Shown here: in pieces, positions 25,967 to 39,877 of the stretch
Layout of the letters: each line of letters starts with the position of its first letter
Position numbering within the stretch: position 1 is the stretch's first letter
NCBI RefSeq assembly: GCF_001194135.2
Contig: NC_068982.1
Location: forward strand, 120,234,927-120,298,926
DNA length: 64,000 bases
Direction: 5' to 3'
From: Octopus bimaculoides
Taxonomy: Eukaryota
Made by a program: the position numbers and the translations under genes
The notes under the pieces: model-generated
The model's input: the letters and a program-made list of their open reading frames with translations, nothing else
What the model was told of the DNA's origin: nothing
Database searches by the model: none

Positions 25967-27269
25967 TATATATATACATACGCCCGAGCACACACACACA
26001 CACACACGAGTGAATGAACAAACGAAAAAAGGGCAATCAATCAATTTATTGAGTTACATGTATAGATCAAAACAGTTTGATTGAAAACAGCTGACCACTA
26101 GCATCACGCTTGAAACTCAAGAGTACCAACTAGTTTGAATCAAACTGTTTTTATCTATATATAAATGTGTATAATTCTTCAACAAGAATATTGTTGACCA
26201 TGACCTCGAAATTTCAACCGGTTTAGCCGACGTCTGACTGCAGTCCGACGTTTGCTTTATCCGGCGTGCTAACGATTTTGCTAGTTCGCCGCCTGACAAG
26301 ACAATTTAATCATTAAGACATTAGAGAAGGAAACCAATCTGTTTGATTGATTAGCTGGCCAATCGAGAACAATCAAAGCATAACTAAAATAATAGAATGT
26401 TTAAGTATATTGAGAAACGCAGAATGTTTAATTATTTATAAAAAGAAATCAATAATGAGTCTTCTGGTTTTCCTATAATGGTAGTTGTCACTTAAGAAGT
26501 ATGCTGTTTGGAAAGGGCAAACCACTCATTAACAATTTTCAACTGTTTTGTCGGAAAGATGTTTTAAATACGTTAGCATTCGATCGATTAGGAAAAGAGT
26601 ATCAGATGAAATATTGTTTGCCAATGTCTCTTTTTAAACTAGTCAGAGCTATTTTCTCTTTGTATGCATAAACGCATTCGAGCGCTAAGCATCTATCCCA
26701 CAAAATAGGTAAAAATAGTCAATAAGTTTAATTTGGGCAATTGTTTATAAATAAATCAGTGTTTCATATTGTGATTTATTATTCTATGATTTTAAATGCG
26801 CTTGTTTGGATTGTTTTCAAGTTGCTCAACTATCAGAACCAAAAACGTGAAAATAGTTAATGAGAATAATTTTCCATCTTTCCAAAGATTTTCTTGTGGC
26901 ACTGTTAGTTATTAGAAAAAGTACGTGATGTACAAAAGAGTCCTTTCTCACCAAACGTTTACTAAATAATTAAACACTTTGCATCTCCTTTAATACTCTA
27001 ATGCTTAGATTGTCCCATATCCTACATCGTTGAAACACACCCCCTTCGTTGTTATCATCTTCTTCTCTACATATTTCTCGCAAACTTTTCTTCAACTTCT
27101 AAATATTTACTTCATATGCAATCGTTTCTTTTCCTGTAGTGCATTTTTACAATTCTAAAATTTCAACAATAGAAACGAGGGAATGTAAAAGTTTCCATAC
27201 AACAAAACACTGGCCCCAATCAATATTAGGTTGGTTTACTCCTGCCCTCCACTAAAAGTTGTAGTCCCG

Positions 27270-27445
27270 TGGCTTGCTAAGCAGCATTTCGGCTGTCTTT
27301 GTGTCATGGGTTCAAATTCTGCCAAGGTCGACTTTGACTTACATTCTTTCGGGGTTGATAAAATAAGTACCAATTGAACTTTGGATCGAGGCAATCGACT
27401 ATACTCATCCCTCAAAATTTTCAGACTTCGTGCCTTATAGTAGAA
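27270..27445 (+). mobile_element. SINE family A, degenerate
   Basis: GGTTCAAATTCTGCCAAGGTCGAC...CTTTCGGGGTTGATAAAATAAGTACC. Confidence 0.7.
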
Positions 27446-27599
27446 AGTGTTGTTGTTTTTGTTGTTGTTGCGGCTGCGGCGGCGCTAGTACGTGCTAATT
27501 TAGTTAGCAGGTATTTTATCTTGAAGTTTGGTGACAACAAGCCTCAGCAAATCTCAAGAATTTTTCTGATGATTCTGGCAGAACGTAGGAGGATACTTT

Positions 27600-30500
27600 T
27601 CTGACAGTTGACAATGCGAGTTTCAATTTCAATATTTTTCAGTCTTTTATATAGCATTTTGGGTGTTGTGCCTAGTGCACCTGTTACTACAGGAGCAGTT
27701 GCAGTCTCCGTCTTCTACAGTCTTCTTAGTTCTCTGCATAGATCCTGATATTTCTCAATTTTTTCCATTTATTTGCCACTGACTCTGCTATCATAGCAAA
27801 TTTCAAAACCTATGATCATACACAGTTTGATTTTTTTGTCCTCTAACATCATATCCTGTCTTCTTGCGTTAGTAATATGTTCAGTCTTTGTGGGGAAATC
27901 CCACAAGATCTTGTAATTATCATTTTCTACCACAGCCACTAGTTTGTGTTCATACCACTTTACTGTTATTTTGAAGCCACACACTCGGCTAACATCCCAA
28001 TGCACTCTTTTGTCTGTAGTCATGTCTGTACTTGTATCCTTTTTGTGTTATTGTACTACACTCTTTCAAAATGTAATTGATACTCTCGTCTCCTTTCCTG
28101 CAGACACTGCGTCTGACTGAATTTTGTCGATCTTTGCCTTGATCAGATTTTCCTAAGGGCTTGTTCCTCAGTTGTTTCTCGTTTCAAGTTCTCGTCAGTC
28201 AGCCAAAGCCTGTGGGCTTCACTTCTAACACTTCCGATTTGTTGCATGATTGGCCAGTCACTTCCATTTCTTCCCATTTGTACATTCTGCTTTTCTTCCT
28301 TCTTTTCTTTGAAGTCTCCTATTGCTTCAGCCATTTTTTTAAGTATCTCTTGATGCCGAAAGTATTCTTTTCTTTTGCTGTACAACATATTTTTTCAGCC
28401 CCAGTATCGCTGTACCAACAATATCTTCTGCGTTTAGTAATCCTCTATCACTTTCCCTACTTGACAGATAAAGTCAATCGGTATTACTTTTAGAATGGAG
28501 TGTTTTGTGCATTGTTAACAGCATTCTGGTTCTTCTAAGTTCTGCAACTCAATCTTTGTCGATTTCAGTTCCGTCATTGCTCGTGTATTTATGGTTTAAA
28601 TGATGTTCCATCCATTTAATTTTATTTCTAGCACCTTCTCAGTTTTCCGTTTGTATTCTTTAGTGACTTTCTCTTTTCATTATTTTATTGTCTTACAGTA
28701 TTCCGAGGTATTTGCATCCCTCATTCTATAGTTATCGAATGGTGTTATCTTGTGGTATATTTATTCCAGCCTCTCTTCATAGTACTGCACATTTATCTAC
28801 ACCAAATTACGTTCTAATGTCTTTATTGAATATTCTCATTGTTTGGATTAAAGAATCATTTACCCCCTCTCTCTCTCTCTTTCTCTCTATCTCTCTCNNN
28901 NNNNNNNNNNNNNNNNNNNNNNNNNNNNNNNNNNNNNNNNNNNNNNNNNNNNNNNNNNNNNNNNNNNNNNNNNNNNNNNNNNNNNNNNNNNNNNNNNNNN
29001 NNNNNNNNNNNNNNNNNNNNNNNNNNNNNNNNNNNNNNNNNNNNNNNNNNNNNNNNNNNNNNNNNNNNNNNNNNNNNNNNNNNNNNNNNNNNNNNNNNNN
29101 NNNNNNNNNNNNNNNNNNNNNNNNNNNNNNNNNNNNNNNNNNNNNNNNNNNNNNNNNNNNNNNNNNNNNNNNNNNNNNNNNNNNNNNNNNNNNNNNNNNN
29201 NNNNNNNNNNNNNNNNNNNNNNNNNNNNNNNNNNNNNNNNNNNNNNNNNNNNNNNNNNNNNNNNNNNNNNNNNNNNNNNNNNNNNNNNNNNNNNNNNNNN
29301 NNNNNNNNNNNNNNNNNNNNNNNNNNNNNNNNNNNNNNNNNNNNNNATATATAATTTTGTTTGTAAATGTCTTGAGGTCATTCATATAAAGTAGGTGTTT
29401 AATTCTTATCTTAGTTCTGGTAAACTCATAGGAAGATCTGGATTTTCTCACTATACCTGTCAGAGGAATTAGCGCAATGATGAAGAGGAATGGAAAATTT
29501 TCCTGCTTATTTTCACGTAACCTAGCGATTCATTTGCACGTCGTTTCTACTTCCTATTCTCCAAAAAGCTGTTTATCTTATCATTGATTCTGAGCGTCCT
29601 CAGTCGTTCCAAGAACCAGCTGTGTGAAACATTGTCGTAGGCCTTTCTGTAATCTATCCACCCAACAACTAAATTCTTCCACCTTACTCGTACCTCATTT
29701 AATATTATAACTATGTATAGCAGATCAGCAGTTCCTCTTGATTTCTTCTTACATCTCTTTTGCTCTTCAGGCAGTAGGTTCCCTTTTCCAGAAAATTATA
29801 CACTTCATTTGCTAAGAGATCAGTTAATAGTTTCCAGAGTAATGGTAAGCAAGCAATAGGTCTATAATAGCTGAGTACCCACTCTCTTTTCTTCGTTCTT
29901 CAGTATCAAATTAGTACTGTCCTTCCTTTTGTCATCTATGTTGTTCTATTTTCTATGCAGTCAATAAAAATGGTTGTATATAATTGTGTATATTGGGAAG
30001 CTTTTTTTAGCCAGAAACATTGGACATTGGCCCGGTAGCTTCCCAGTTCGGCATTTTTTAAATCATCTCTTTTATTTTCTTATCTGTGATTGTTATACTC
30101 TTTTCTGTCACTTCATCTTCCATTTTTCTTTAAAATTCCCGTAACCAGCCTGCTTTTCTATTAAGCTGAACTTCTTTGCTCCAGATTTCTGCCCAGAATA
30201 TTCTTGCTCCTTCAGCATGTCATATCATTTCTCTGATGATATTTTCATTGTTCAGCTGTTTAAAGAATTTTCATTCGTTGTTCTTGGAGGGTCTATTTTG
30301 CTGGAACTGATTTGGTTTCTGTTGATATCTTTTTTACTACCCGACACTACTTTGATTTTTTTTTTTAAAGTCTTAACTGCTTGCAGATTTTCTGTCTTAT
30401 GTTGTGTTTTCTTTACAGCTCGTTCCTGAGTCTCTCTTTCCCCTTGTCTTCTCTATGATTGCATTTATCTGTCTAATACCTCTTTTGAGCTTGATTCTCA

Positions 30501-31230
30501 AGCCTTTGTTCCAGCCATGGGGTTTTGTTCTTTGTTTTTCTCTCAATTTTAATCCCAAGTGTGTGCACAGCAACAGACTGCACAGTATATAAGGTCGTTT
30601 AAGTCTGTGATGATTTTGAAGTAGATTTTCGTTAACACTTCGTTCATCTTTTTCCCTACTTTATATAACTTTCCTCCTTCAATTTTACTCAGGACTGGTA
30701 GCCTCTTCTTTTCGCTATTTCCTGCTTCATTCAGTTGTAGTAGTAGGCTTCTTTCTTATTCTGTAAACTTCTTTCTTCTACAAAATCAAATTGACTTTCA
30801 TTTGGATAGCTGTTTCTTTTGGGGGGAGTTATTGGTCCCTCTGCTAATCGGTATTCTTGTTCTGCGTTTTGTTCTTCGTGCTCAGCGTAGTCACATTCAT
30901 ACTCTTATGCTATTGAGAAGATCTTCTCCATCTCTAACAAGGATAGACACTACCTTTTCACGATTAAATCGTTTTGATCTGGAAGCCTTTGCTCCGTGTT
31001 AGGGAACATGTCTTTCTCTGTTCAAATTTATGCATTCTTTTCTGGTATCCTGTTTTGGTAGGTTCTCTTCAGTAATAGCTTTCAAATTTTTAGTTCATTT
31101 TCTGCTAATCTTTGTAGCAGTATCTGAATAACGATCAGGTCCATTCTCCTGTACAGTAGAGTACTTACTGTGCCAGAGACCTTCACTTGGGGTTCGGGTC
31201 TCCTGAACACAGTTATTATGATTTTTATTT
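27600..31230 (-). mobile_element. R4/Dong-clade non-LTR retrotransposon (RT plus restriction-like endonuclease), near full length, decayed
   Basis: Minus-strand motifs IALIPL...IKHLLYMNDLK (RT), HWDVSRVCGF...KWYEH...ENDNYKILWDF...RRQDM (RLE) and KYQDL...PVVTGALG. Contains a gap at about 28898-29346. Confidence 0.8.
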
Positions 31231-31271
31231 GACAATATACTCATGAAGAAGATAGTGATGATGAAGCTGTG

Positions 31272-31386
<115 letters not shown>

Positions 31387-31389
31387 TGA

Positions 31390-31665
31390 GTGCCTTCATA
31401 CAGAACGTAAAGGAGGAAAGCTACATTTATCTAGTAAGGAAGGTGGAAGAGGACTGAATTGGAATAGAAGATAAGGTTGTGAAAGTGACCAAGTCTTTGC
31501 ATACCTATTTGAGGGACAGTGATGAAAGAATGTTGCACGTAACACTGAGTGAGAAAGTAATCAGTGTTGCAATATGCCTATACACTGGGAGATTTGCAAG
31601 AAATATGGGCTAGAATGTTCCAACAAATGGTGTGAGCGCAAACCTTTGCCAGTAGCAAGAAATTC
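31390..31665 (+). mobile_element. Second R4/Dong-type fragment, internally deleted
   Basis: YLVRK.GGRGL.GIED-like peptide joined to HWEICKKYGLECSNKWCERKP. Confidence 0.65.
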
Positions 31666-31734
31666 CAGTAACAATATTATTACTAATAATGTATCTGAAC
31701 CTATTACACCTACTAATAATCTAGAAAACTCTAC

Positions 31735-32160
31735 ATTTTGTAACTGTCGAAATAAATCCATGTGTCCCATTAATAACTAATGCCTTAGAGAAAATATAGT
31801 ATATAATTTCTCTATCACTGCTCCTCGTAAAGAACATCTCTACATTGGTGCACTCTCTCCCTCATTCACACTTCGATTGAATAATCACACATCTACGTTT
31901 AGATATAAAGAAAATGGTAATAATACATCTCTAGCTAAATTCATACATTCTCTTACAGATAAAAATATTGAATATAAAATTTGTTGATCCAGTGTATGTA
32001 ATGCACTTCTGTATACATGTGGCGACAGATGGTGTGGGCTCTGTGTATTTGAGGTATTCCGCATTAATAAAATTAGTAAAACTAAATCAAAAAGGATTAA
32101 TCGGCATGAGAAACTAATTATATGAGTCATCATTTTAAATATAAATCTTTCCTACATTAT
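31735..32160 (+). mobile_element. Penelope-like element GIY-YIG endonuclease fragment
   Basis: CNCRNKSMCPINN*CLRENIVY...YIG...RLNNH...TSLAKFIHSL...CGLC, matching the PLE Cys-rich GIY-YIG pattern. Confidence 0.75.
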
Positions 32161-32307
32161 AAATTTAAATAACATTACACTTGATCATTATATCTACATT
32201 TATAAAATTTATAACTCTAGATTAATGCTGCGTATATATCCAATATATTTAATAAGTATATTGTTATATTCCTTAAAAAATAATAACAATAAATTAATAA
32301 ACTATTA

Positions 32308-32662
32308 GATGCAGGCGTGACTGTGTGATAAAAGGCTTGCTTCCCAATCACATGGTTCTGGGTTCGGTCTACAATAGCTTCGAACCGACCAAAGCCTTGT
32401 GTGTGGATTTGATAGACGTAAACTGTGTGTATCTATGAGTGTGCATGTTTAAGTCAGTTTTTGCCCCACCACCACCACTTGACAACTGGTGTTGGTGTGT
32501 TTATGTCCCCGTAACATAGCGGTTCTGCAAAAGAGAACGATAGAATGAGTACCAGGCTTTAAAAAGATATGAAGTATGTCGACACATTCGGCTAAAATTT
32601 CTTCAAGACGGTACACAAGCATAGCCGCTGTCTAATGACTGAAACAAGTAAAGGATACAAGA
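32308..32662 (+). mobile_element. SINE family B (CORE-like, OR2-like), diverged
   Basis: Head GCAGGCGTGACTGTGTG...GGTTCTGGGTTC and tail GACAACTGGTGTTGGTGTGTTTATGTCCCCGTAAC. Confidence 0.75.
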
Positions 32663-33094
32663 TACTATGATATATTCCCATTTGTGCTTTTAGGAGGAAT
32701 ATTTCGTATACATAATTACCAGTACCTAGATCTACTTTGTTTTGTTTTTTGTTGGTTTGTTTGTTTTTTGTTTACTAGTTACCAAGCTAACTATAATATA
32801 GCCTTACCTTAATTAATAATGTATTATACTATATTCATACATTTTACTACTTAGATGAATATAATAAATTTCCCTACTTTATCAGCTCTTTTTATTTCCA
32901 CTTCAATGACAGATAATTGCATTAGACGATACTTCAATATTTTATAAACTGCTATATTGCTAAGGTGGTGAACTGGCGGACTCATTAGCATGTGAGACAA
33001 AATAATTAGCAGCCTTTCTTCTGGTTGCTTACATCCTGAGTTCAACTACTTATAATTTCCTTTTTAACATCTTACAAATCTCTTTCCTCATCCT

Positions 33095-34830
33095 AGGTGG
33101 TATCAAAATGTTCCCGGACTAGTTATGTTTAATGAAAAATAACTTATTTACCTCCTAAGTTTTTACATCATCATTTCCTTCGAAATAGTCACCTTGCGCA
33201 GCAATACACCGGTCCCAGCGTTCCTACCAATTTTGGAATCCGACCNNNNNNNNNNNNNNNNNNNNNNNNNNNNNNNNNNNNNNNNNNNNNNNNNNNNNNN
33301 NNNNNNNNNNNNNNNNNNNNNNNNNNNNNNNNNNNNNNNNNNNNNNNNNNNNNNNNNNNNNNNNNNNNNNNNNNNNNNNNNNNNNNNNNNNNNNNNNNNN
33401 NNNNNNNNNNNNNNNNNNNNNNNNNNNNNNNNNNNNNNNNNNNNNNNNNNNNNNNNNNNNNNNNNNNNNNNNNNNNNNNNNNNNNNNNNNNNNNNNNNNN
33501 NNNNNNNNNNNNNNNNNNNNNNNNNNNNNNNNNNNNNNNNNNNNNNNNNNNNNNNNNNNNNNNNNNNNNNNNNNNNNNNNNNNNNNNNNNNNNNNNNNNN
33601 NNNNNNNNNNNNNNNNNNNNNNNNNNNNNNNNNNNNNNNNNNNNNNNNNNNNNNNNNNNNNNNNNNNNNNNNNNNNNNNNNNNNNNNNNNNNNNNNNNNN
33701 NNNNNNNNNNNNNNNNNNNNNNNNNNNNNNNNNNNNNNNNNNNNNNNNNNNNNNNNNNNNNNNNNNNNNNNNNNNNNNNNNNNNNNNNNNNNNNNNNNNN
33801 NNNNNNNNNNNNNNNNNNNNNNNNNNNNNNNNNNNNNNNNNNNNNNNNNNNNNNNNNNNNNNNNNNNNNNNNNNNNNNNNNNNNNNNNNNNNNNNNNNNN
33901 NNNNNNNNNNNNNNNNNNNNNNNNNNNNNNNNNNNNNNNNNNNNTGTGTGTATGTATGTATGTACGTATGTATGTATGTATGTATGTATGTATGTATGTG
34001 TGTATGTGTTTTTGTGTCTGTGTTTGTCCCCCACAGCATCGCTTGACAACCGATGCTGGTGTGTTTACGTTCCCGTAACTTAGCGGTTCGGCAAAAGACA
34101 CCGATAGAATAAGTACTAGGCGTACAAAGAATAAGTCCTGGGGTCCATTTTCCTCGACTAAAGGCGGTGCTCCAGCATGGCTACAGTCAAATGACTGAAA
34201 TAAGTAAAAGAGTAGATGAGCATGCTCTTGACTGTTGTACCTTCTTCAGTAGTGGAGACGAAGGCCTTTTCCATTATAACCACTGCTGCTTCGTCCCAGA
34301 GTCGTGCCCGTAGACCAAACTCTCGTCACTGGTGATGATCTTCGACATGAAGGATAGGTCATCAGCGACAGGCTGACGGAGATCTTGACAGACTTCGATG
34401 CGATGTTCTTTCTGCTCAGTGGTCAGCAGGCGGATGACAAACTTGGCAGGGACACGCCGCATGTTCAATTCAGATATTAGGATTACCTACACTGACCCAT
34501 ACTACAGACCAACAACATCAGCAATGTCGTTGATTGTCCTCCGACGATCCTCATTCACAAGCTGATGAATTTTCTCTGCATTTCCGTGAAGGACGCTTGT
34601 GACAGGTCTTCCGGATCACTCTTCGTCTTCCAGGGACGTTCTTCCGCTTTCGAAATGCCCGTGCCATTCGAAACATAGCGTTTGACCTATTGCCTTGTTT
34701 CCGTAAGCTTCCTGAAATATACTCAATGTTTCTGTCGCAGACGTCCGAAGTTTAACGCAAAATTTCACATTGGGTCTTTGTTCCAACATCCTGTCCATGA
34801 TAAAATCGTAGACTACGGCATAAATGTGAT
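33095..34830 (-). mobile_element. Mariner transposon remnant, interrupted by a gap and a SINE
   Basis: 34215-34830 encodes QRPNVKFCVKL...CFEWHGHFESGRTSLEDE and MRRVPAKFVIRLLT...IITSDE. A TIR-like AGGTGGTATCAAAATGTTCCCGGAC lies at ~33096. Confidence 0.85.
33945..34212 (+). mobile_element. SINE family B, 3' half, inside the mariner
   Basis: Near-identical to the tails at 39355-39560 and 48250-48445. Confidence 0.85.
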
Positions 34831-34996
34831 CACAAAAACCTAAATACATAAATATATATATATATATGTGTGTGTGTCTGTGTGTGTATGAATATATGTA
34901 TATGTTTTGCTGAAGGGAGGTATTAACATCGGTGATGTCAAAATATATTTATTAATAGCATAATTGTAGCATTGGTTGTAACTTTTATCTCATAAT

Positions 34997-35072
<76 letters not shown>

Positions 35073-36189
35073 TGTGTGTGTATTTGTAAGTGTTTGTGTA
35101 CTTTTGTAAAAGCCCTATATGAATAGCGTTATATTATCTTCTTCCACCTCTGCTTAATGTTATATTCCGTTAGGCATCCTCAGACAGTTTGCTCCGAAGA
35201 AGCGGTAAAATTTATCTAATTCGTGAACTGTCTAGTTGTCTTGAAATATCAACTGAATAATAAATTTCGCTCAACACGAAAGTTTGCAGAACAATATGAA
35301 ACACAATTAAAATTAATAGATTGAGTATATACATGGGCGTATTTCTGCTTCTGTTATATTTATATAACGGTATTAATATACTTCAGAATTGATTATTATA
35401 TTTAGAAATACAGTTAATGATTAATTTTCTACAATGTTTTATCTTTCATTGTGTTCTTTTCAATGCTTTCATTAGAATATACGAGACTACTACGTTTACC
35501 TCTCCGGGAAATTTTGACTCGAGATAATGAAAGTGCTGAAAAAATTCCGCTGCACTCTTATCAGAACTTAGACGGAATGTGGTGTGGAATAATTACTAAA
35601 ATATATTAGATAAAGCTACCTATTTGATTCCACCATTTTGGCGCCACCATTTCGGTGCAAAATTATTTGACATAGGTTACTTTTACGGAAAGAATATTAA
35701 GGTTTTATTCTACATAACTAACTTTTCCAAATTACTACTATCAAACAACTAAAACTACTTAACTGCAGTTAACTTTAAATTTAAGATTCATTTATGTACT
35801 CGATGGTTGATGAAATATTAACGAATCGCAAGAAGATATCTACACATAATGGATTTCTGTAAATATTCAAGAAGGTACACAACACTGTCTTGAGCTGTTA
35901 GCAAAGAATATCGATGAAGAGTAAAATTATAAATTACGGATATTGTTCCCGGAAAGCATTGTTCATAATTGTCAAATGAAGATCGGAGTAACGCTATATT
36001 TTCGATATATATCCCAAAATAAATTACTTATCTGAGAAGTAATGCTTATAACAGAGATTTTCTTAACGAGCTAGTTTACTAATTACTTGTCACCAAATGA
36101 GAAAAAAATTCATTGAATTTACCTAAAAGAGAAACATTTCAACAATCTCTATAATCCCTGTTAGACACATTTAATCACCAAACAATAAT

Positions 36190-36340
36190 CCTTTCTATTG
36201 GAAGCACAAGACCCCAAATTTGGAGGAAGAGATTAAGTCGATTACATCGATCCCAGTGCGTAACTGATGCTTATTTAATCGACCCCGAAAGGATGAAAGG
36301 CAAAGTTGACCTCAGCGGAATTTGAACTCAGAACGTATAA
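36190..36340 (-). mobile_element. SINE family A, 5'-truncated
   Basis: GACCCCGAAAGGATGAAAGGCAAAGTTGACCTC...GGAATTTGAACTCAG. Confidence 0.85.
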
Positions 36341-36369
36341 ACACCAAACAATAATATCAAAACACAAGA

Positions 36370-37260
36370 AAGCCTTCACATGATCGATTGGCTTTCTAAA
36401 TATAGTAATTAACCCCCCCCCCCCATAATCCCCATCTGTCTTTCAAAAGGTAAGATCGTGTTAGTATTTAATATAAACCTGGATAGTCAAACAGACGGGA
36501 TAATCGTAGCCGGAATGCTTTTGACTATAAGTTTGTTCGATCAGCGTTCACCAGGAGCAAAACAATAACGATAATATTGGTGATAAATATGTCGAGAAAT
36601 ATAATCGAACCAAGGAAGAAGCTTCTGTCAGGTAGCTCCATATGCTAGAATTAGCAACCAAATCTTTTATAAAAACTCAAATGACTTCACACCGTTTTAA
36701 AAATAGGGAAAAACACATTGGATAATATATCTTTTAATACCCTCTCTGAATAAATTATGGTGTTATCATAGCTCGAACGCCTTTGATCACAGATCTACTT
36801 GATGAAAGTTGGCCTGATGCAAAGCATAAACTAGGACTAGGACATCACATAATGTAGTACTAGATACAATAAGTTTGAACGCACGACGATGGCCACAGCT
36901 GGAGCACTTTTGACCAGTGCTGTTGAATGAGAGTAGACCTACAGATACACAAGGAAAGACACACTAGATAAGATAATTCTAGATATATTATATCTATCAA
37001 CAAGACGGGATGGTTACGACAATTAGAAAACTAACATTTTATAGCTGTTGTTTAGTCCCAGATTAGATCTGAGTGAGCAAACCTAAGACTGAAGATGTTC
37101 CAGCAATAATTCCGCAAGCCTTCACTGGGAGATTTGCGAATCTAAGAATGCATTACCGAATGTGTTCTTTCTTTATTAAAGACGATAAGGTGTGATGTAA
37201 GGAATTTTGTTTGCGATTTGAAGCAGATGGAGTGACGGCGTAGAGGTTAGCTTGCATTTT
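36370..37260. repeat. Cluster of family E fragments in both orientations
   Basis: Minus-strand pieces at ~36370-36830 and a plus-strand piece at ~37045-37255. Confidence 0.45.
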
Positions 37261-37799
37261 TCATAGCACTAAGCGTTTCTCGCAAACATGAAGAGAACCA
37301 CAATTGTGATGTGACGTGTGAAAAACCGACAAGATACTGCCTCATTTCAATATTGTCTTCTTCGTTTATTACTGCTGTTTGTTAGTAGTATTGTTGCTTG
37401 AATTTTCTTCGGAATAATCTATATGGAAAATGGTAGCCAGTGTGAATATATTGTGACATATAGTGATTTGTTACTCGATAAGGAAAATTTTGTGTCGACA
37501 GGTCTATGACAGAAGATGGCGTAAAGAAGCATTGATAAATACCGTAGTGAAACTTTTTCTAATGTGAACAGGCAAGCAATTGAATGTCAATATTAGGTCA
37601 GTTTACAACTAATGCATCATCCTGCAAATTTCATATGATATAAAAACGTCGAAACTGACAAAAAATACAGACAAGCTAAGAACAGCTAAATATAGTCATG
37701 AACGCATTATACTTAGAGTAATGTGGAGAAATCATGAATCAACAAAATGAATCTAAGAAAAAGTGAAAATTGATAACATTGTCAAACTTACACAATGGT

Positions 37800-38035
37800 A
37801 AAAATGGAATTGTGCATGACCGGTGCTGATGATGGGTGACAATAGGCATCCGACAAGGTTAAACAGACTAGATCCGAAGACCACAATAGAAATAGTGGAA
37901 GACGGTAACGTACAAGGTGGGTGGTGAATTTAAAAAGGAAACACAATTTAGAAGAAATGAAGATCAAGAAATCAAAAATGAAAAGGAGAAATACCGAGAA
38001 GGCCTTTTCACAGCAGTGGGAAAACGATGGCTGCT
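37800..38035 (+). mobile_element. Highly degenerate RTE-like 3' end
   Basis: Residual GR...RW and EKAFSQQW peptides. Confidence 0.4.
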
Positions 38036-38204
38036 TTGATTGGTTGACATATTAGATAAATAAAAGTAAATTCGCTGAAGGTTATGATAATCCATGGGTA
38101 AATGTGAATAAAAAATGAACTTCAGTGATAATGCGTATTGAATCTGCAGTGCGGGTATATCACTGAGAGAGATGCATCATAGAGGATGCATGAACGAAAC
38201 AAGT

Positions 38205-38442
38205 ATAGATAGATAGACAGATAGATAGATAGATACATAGATACATAGATAGATACATAGACAGACAGGCAGACCGGCAGGCAAATAGACAGACAGACTT
38301 CCACACAGGTAAGCAGGCATACAAACATACAGACAGACCGACATACATACAGACACACAGACAGACAGACAGACAGACACACACACACACAGACAGACAG
38401 ACATACAGGCAGACAGACAGACAGACACACAGACGCACAGAC

Positions 38443-38473
<31 letters not shown>

Positions 38474-38488
38474 CACAGACAGACAGAC

Positions 38489-38562
<74 letters not shown>
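38205..38562. repeat. (GATA)n/(CAGA)n compound microsatellite
   Basis: Direct inspection. Confidence 0.95.
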
Positions 38563-38851
38563 GCAGATGAAACGGCCAAATGAGAAACAGGTGGGCCAGC
38601 TGTTAATGGTTACAAATATAATGTGTGTACTAATTACTGTCAGCTATTACGAGTAATATTTGTACGTAATATCTAAAAAGTGCCCTATCGTTGATTGCTA
38701 CAATGCATTTCGGAAATTATTTTAATGACTAAGAGAAAGTATTAAACTGGAGGTATAATATAGGATTACAGGATCTTACTTCCCCTTGTATATGAGTATG
38801 TATTCTTCTATTATTTTATTCGTTTCAGCCATGCGGCTGCGGTCATGTCAT

Positions 38852-38917
<66 letters not shown>

Positions 38918-39209
38918 CATATACCTATATAAATATACATATATATATACATATACATATATATATACATATACATATATATATGTGTGTGNNNNNNNNN
39001 NNNNNNNNNNNNNNNNNNNNNNNNNNNNNNNNNNNNNNNNNNNNNNNNNNNNNNNNNNNNNNNNNNNNNNNNNNNNNNNNNNNNNNNNNNNNNNNNNNNN
39101 NNNNNNNNNNNNNNNNNNNNNNNNNNNNNNNNNNNNNNNNNNNNNNNNNNNNNNNNNNNNNNNNNNNNNNNNNNNNNNNNNNNNNNNNNNNNNNNNNNNN
39201 NNNNNNNNN

Positions 39210-39560
39210 TTCAGTCCCACTGCGTGGCATCTTGGGCAAGTGCCTTCTACTATAGCCTCGGGCCGACCAATGCCTTGTGAGTGGATTTGGTAGACGGAAA
39301 CTGAAAGAAGCCCGTCGTATATGTGTATATATATGTGTATGTGTGTGTTTGTATGTCTGTGTTTGTCCCCCCAACATCGCTTGACAACCGATGCTGGTGT
39401 GTTTATGTCCCCGTAACTTAGTGGTTCGGCAAAAGAGACCGATAGAATAAGTACTAGGCTTCCAAAGAATAAGTCCTGGGGTCGATTTCTTCGACTAAAG
39501 GCGGTGCTCCAGCATGGCCGCAGTCAAAAGACTGAAACAAGTAAAAGTGTAAAAGTGTAA
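39210..39560 (+). mobile_element. SINE family B (CORE-like), head partly in a gap
   Basis: TTCAGTCCCACTGCGTGGCATCTTGGGCAAGTG CORE-like segment, internal (TA/TG)n and the family tail. Confidence 0.85.
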
Positions 39561-39788
39561 AAGTGACATATACATACAAAAAACAACAACTTTCAAGCAC
39601 ATTTACCCTATGTACAACAGTATCGGTAAATAAATTCAATAAGTAAACTCCTAAATATGTAACTAAACAGTGACTAAACCTTTAAGTCATACATTTTATT
39701 CCCATCAAAAGGATGTTATAATACTATTCCACATACATAAAAACAGCCAATTCAACCATCCCACATAGCTCCATATCATATAAATATG

Positions 39789-39823
<35 letters not shown>

Positions 39824-39836
39824 TTGCGTGCGTGCG

Positions 39837-39877
<41 letters not shown>

